NCBI GenBank assembly: GCA_945874665.1
Contig: CAMCHJ010000008.1
Location: 3,880 to 67,879, forward strand
Length of the DNA: 64,000 bases
DNA from: Chitinophaga pinensis
Lineage (GTDB): Bacteria > Bacteroidota > Bacteroidia > UBA7662
Direction of reading: 5' to 3'
A program made the position numbers and the translations under genes. Positions within the stretch are counted from its first letter, which is position 1; each line of letters begins with the position of its first letter. Below the pieces are notes generated by a model that searched no databases, was not told the origin of the DNA, and saw only the letters and a list, made by a program, of their open reading frames with translations. Shown piece after piece: positions 61,328 to 64,000 of this stretch.

Positions 61328-61758
61328 TGGCTAAAATGAACGAAATACAAGATCAGTTGATTGAAGACTTCGGTTTTTTGGAAGATTGGGAAGATAAATA
61401 CGGCTACCTCATCGACTTGGCCAAAAGCCTGCAGCCGTTAACTGCCGAGCAAAAAATAGCCGACAATGTCATCAAAGGCTGTCAGAGTACCGTATGGTTG
61501 CACGCCCAGCTCGAAGGCGGCCGCGTGCGCTACCAAGCCGATTCCGATGCCTTCATCTCCAAAGGTATAATTGCTCTTTTGGTGCGTGTTTTTGATGGGC
61601 AAACGCCCGATGACATCCTTCATGGCGATTTTTACGTGGTCGATCGCATCGGCTTATCCACCCACCTTTCTCCGAACCGTGCCAACGGCTTGGGCCATAT
61701 GCTCAAACAAATGCGGACCTATGCCCTGGCTTTTCAATCGAAAACCCAAAACGCCTGA
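61327..61758 (+). CDS. sufE: cysteine desulfuration protein SufE
   Basis: Start at MAKMNEIQ (TAATG overlap with the sufS stop). Conserved Cys in ..IKGCQSTVWL.. Confidence 0.85.
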   Translation: MAKMNEIQDQLIEDFGFLEDWEDKYGYLIDLAKSLQPLTAEQKIADNVIKGCQSTVWLHAQLEGGRVRYQADSDAFISKGIIALLVRVFDGQTPDDILHGDFYVVDRIGLSTHLSPNRANGLGHMLKQMRTYALAFQSKTQNA

Positions 61759-61762
61759 TAAA

Positions 61763-62092
61763 ATGAGTGAAGTACCCGAACGCAGCTTCGTTGAGATACA
61801 AAACGACGTCATCAGCATCATCAAAACGATTTTCGACCCCGAAATTCCCGTGGATATTTATGAGTTGGGTTTAATTTATGAAGTTAAAGTGAGTCCAGGC
61901 GGCAAAGTCGATATCCTGATGACCCTTACCTCACCCGCTTGTCCTGTAGCCGGCACCCTGCCCGGCGAAGTGGAAGCCAAAATCAAAGGCGTACACGGGG
62001 TAAGCGATGTGAAAGTAGAACTTACCTTTGAGCCTGCTTGGAGCCAAGACTTGATGAGCGAAGAGGCTAAACTAGAATTGGGGTTTTTGTAA
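61763..62092 (+). CDS. SUF system Fe-S cluster assembly protein (DUF59/MIP18-like, SufT-type)
   Basis: 109 aa, ..IFDPEIPVDIYELGLIY.. and conserved ..TLTSPACP.. motif. The start is set at MSEVPE (the ORF extends upstream into sufE). Confidence 0.82.
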   Translation: MSEVPERSFVEIQNDVISIIKTIFDPEIPVDIYELGLIYEVKVSPGGKVDILMTLTSPACPVAGTLPGEVEAKIKGVHGVSDVKVELTFEPAWSQDLMSEEAKLELGFL

Positions 62093-62202
62093 CCTTAGTT
62101 GATTTTAAAGCGCGATATCGGCATCCAATTGGATCACAAAGCCTCAATTTCAATCTGGAATATGACGGCAATATTGTATATTAACCGGCTAAAATATAGC
62201 AT

Positions 62203-63216
62203 ATGTTTAAAAGGTCTATCATCAGCGGTGTGGGGCATTATGTGCCTACCAATGTGGTCAAAAACGACGACCTCGCCCAGCGCATGGAAACCAACAATGA
62301 GTGGATTGTGGAGCGTACAGGCATAGAGGAGCGCCGACATGTGGTGCCAGGCAGCGACGACACCACCTCAACAATGGGCACAAAGGCTGCAAAAATCGCC
62401 ATTGAACGCGCTGGCTTGCAACCCGACGATATCGAATTTATCATTTTTGCTACGCTGAGTCCCGATTATTACTTCCCTGGTCCAGGTGTGCAAGTGCAAG
62501 AACAGCTCGGCTTAAAGCACGAAATTGGCGCCCTCGATGTGCGCAACCAATGCTCAGGCTTCGTTTATAGCATGTCAGTAGCCGATCAGTTCATCAAAAC
62601 CGGCATGTACAAACACATACTGGTGATTGGCTCTGAGCTACACAGCGGCGGTTTAGACATGACCACCCGGGGACGCGGCGTAAGCGTAATTTTTGGGGAT
62701 GGCGCCGGTGCTGTAGTGATGAGCGCCACCGACGAGTTGAACCGCGGTATTTTGAGTACCCATTTGCACAGTGAAGGCAAACATGCGAAAGAACTCGCGC
62801 TCGAAGGACCGAGTACCCGCGACTGGGTGCCGGCCATCATGGCCCGCAACGACCCTGAAGACACCACCTACTACCCCTACATGAACGGCAATTTTGTGTT
62901 CAAACATGCAGTAGTACGCTTTATGGAGGTCATTAACGAGGCATTGGCGGCAAATCAATTGCAAGCCAGCGATCTCAAGTTGCTCATTCCGCACCAAGCC
63001 AATTTGCGTATCAGTCAGTACATCCAGCAAAAAATGCAGCTCCGCGACGACCAAGTGTACAACAACATCATGCGGTACGGCAATACCACGGCTGCCACCA
63101 TACCCATTGCTTTAAGCGAGGCTTGGGAGGCAGGTCGCATTCAAAAGGGCGATTTAGTGATGTTTGCGGCCTTTGGCAGCGGCTTCACATGGGCATCAGC
63201 CTTGATGCGCTGGTAA
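62203..63216 (+). CDS. fabH: 3-oxoacyl-ACP synthase III (KAS III)
   Basis: Active-site Cys in ..NQCSGFVYS.., His/Asn region (..HQANLRI.., ..GNTTAATIP..), 337 aa. Confidence 0.92.
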   Translation: MFKRSIISGVGHYVPTNVVKNDDLAQRMETNNEWIVERTGIEERRHVVPGSDDTTSTMGTKAAKIAIERAGLQPDDIEFIIFATLSPDYYFPGPGVQVQEQLGLKHEIGALDVRNQCSGFVYSMSVADQFIKTGMYKHILVIGSELHSGGLDMTTRGRGVSVIFGDGAGAVVMSATDELNRGILSTHLHSEGKHAKELALEGPSTRDWVPAIMARNDPEDTTYYPYMNGNFVFKHAVVRFMEVINEALAANQLQASDLKLLIPHQANLRISQYIQQKMQLRDDQVYNNIMRYGNTTAATIPIALSEAWEAGRIQKGDLVMFAAFGSGFTWASALMRW

Positions 63217-63220
63217 AATA

Positions 63221-63266
63221 AAAACCGAGTGAAATCGGCTTCTGGGCAGCGATTTCACTCGGTTTT
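63221..63266. terminator. bidirectional terminator between fabH and the convergent membrane-protein gene
   Basis: CCGAGTGAAATCG-(12 nt loop)-CGATTTCACTCGG 13-bp perfect stem flanked by AAAA and TTTT. Confidence 0.8.
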
Positions 63267-63290
63267 ATAGGATGTTGCTTTTGAGGGATG

Positions 63291-63725
63291 TTAAATCACG
63301 TGCTTGTCGGTGCGCCAAGTCTTAATGCGTTGGCGAATTTGTTTGCCCGTGAGCCGTTCCGCTAAAGTTTGTTCGATCAACAGTAATAATTCTTCATCCG
63401 AGGCCAAGCGTAAAGCCGCAATTTGTTGAATGTTCAGCTGCTGCTCCAGTTTACGGAAGCTTTTACCTGCCAATTCCAAATAGCGCAAACGCATTTCCAA
63501 CATCATGATGCGGCGTTGGTTGCGGAAAGGTAAACGGCGACTTTGCAAGCCAATCAACAAAATCAATACGCTTAACAACGCGAAATAGGCTACTTCAATG
63601 CCAGCGCCCTCGTAACTGTACACCACCAGCATGTAAACACAAACCGCAAAAAAGGTGAGTGCAAGCGGAAAAATCAATAAATGGTACAGGGGTTGGAAAC
63701 GGAAATACTTGCGATAGAAATTCAT
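63291..63725 (-). CDS. hypothetical membrane protein (two TM helices plus charged coiled-coil tail)
   Basis: 144-aa ORF. No family recognised. Confidence 0.45.
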   Translation of the reverse strand: MNFYRKYFRFQPLYHLLIFPLALTFFAVCVYMLVVYSYEGAGIEVAYFALLSVLILLIGLQSRRLPFRNQRRIMMLEMRLRYLELAGKSFRKLEQQLNIQQIAALRLASDEELLLLIEQTLAERLTGKQIRQRIKTWRTDKHVI

Positions 63726-63860
63726 GACGAGCGATTAAAGCACAAACTTATTCAAAAATAACGAGGCTTGTGATAAAGCCTATCGTTGAATACACAAAAA
63801 GCCGGAATTTCTAGCTTTTGGCTTTCCATCCCGGCTTCCACCTAAAAAAAACGCTGCTCT

Positions 63861-64000
63861 TAAAGAATATCAATCAAGCGGGGTTGCGGCGCTTTTTCCG
63901 CTTCCTTTTTTGGGATCACCAATTTCAAGAGGCCAGCTTCATAAGTGGCTTTGATTTGGTTGTCTTGAATGTTTTCTGGCAAAGAAAACGAACGTTCGAA
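63861..64000 (-). CDS. Hsp20/alpha-crystallin family chaperone, C-terminal fragment (gene continues beyond window end)
   Basis: Minus-strand translation ..FERSFSLPENIQDNQIKATYEAGLLKLVIPKKEAEK.. is a typical sHSP C-terminus. The stop is at 63861-63863. Confidence 0.7.

Overview
This 64 kb window reads as a Bacteroidota chromosomal segment of about 50% GC, and it is dominated by housekeeping genes rather than an obvious mobile or defence island. All protein identifications come from recognising family motifs by eye; no searches or computations were run.

The phylum assignment rests on several points:
- A Bacteroidetes-type TTTG/TAnnTTTG promoter sits upstream of rpsO.
- Five large secreted proteins carry type IX secretion (T9SS) C-terminal sorting domains, three with the type A Por_Secre_tail ending ...IVKQ/FIKQ and two with the type B gliding-motility CTD.
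- The succinate dehydrogenase membrane subunit is the b558-type SdhC.
- A four-helix-bundle gene sits inside the suf operon.

Recognisable core genes in order are: rpsO, accD, class I fructose-bisphosphate aldolase, a GNAT acetyltransferase, comEC, a crotonase, MarC, an M23 peptidase, NqrM plus ApbE, YqgE/AlgH, pdxH, a TrmN6-like m6A tRNA methyltransferase, tRNA-Lys, a two-gene ligase-associated DNA-damage module (MBL-fold exonuclease plus ATP-dependent DNA ligase), an SDR oxidoreductase, a ketoacid dehydrogenase E1 beta subunit, alkaline phosphatase, NUDIX, an HDAC-like enzyme, an AbgT transporter, YceI, riboflavin synthase, sdhCAB, groESL, secG, an LptE-like lipoprotein, a sigma-54 enhancer-binding protein, miaB, an acyl-CoA ligase, a di-heme cytochrome c peroxidase fused to a T9SS tail, a 2-Cys peroxiredoxin, a tRNA-Arg/Ser/Pro cluster, a PAP2 phosphatase, mazG, sufB-(four-helix-bundle gene)-sufCDSE-DUF59, fabH and a partial Hsp20.

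The non-standard features worth follow-up are:
1. An intervening-sequence-like cassette: the four-helix-bundle gene (the family first found inside 23S rRNA intervening sequences) lies between sufB and sufC and is bracketed by inverted tandem heptamer arrays (TTCAAAR x4 and YTTTGAA x7), which could form a long RNase III-type stem.
2. A family of three hairpins downstream of the tRNA cluster, two of them inside a 142-nt unit duplicated in tandem, with compensatory base changes in the inner stem.
3. Arrays of an approximately 22-bp tandem repeat (TTCGAYAARCTCAGGGACCRCC) at two intergenic sites, in direct orientation on either side of the pdhB-phoA-nudix segment.
4. Paralogous T9SS cargo proteins with a conserved CGPC-motif domain in permuted order.
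5. A perfect 18-bp palindrome in front of the T9SS-anchored peroxidase.
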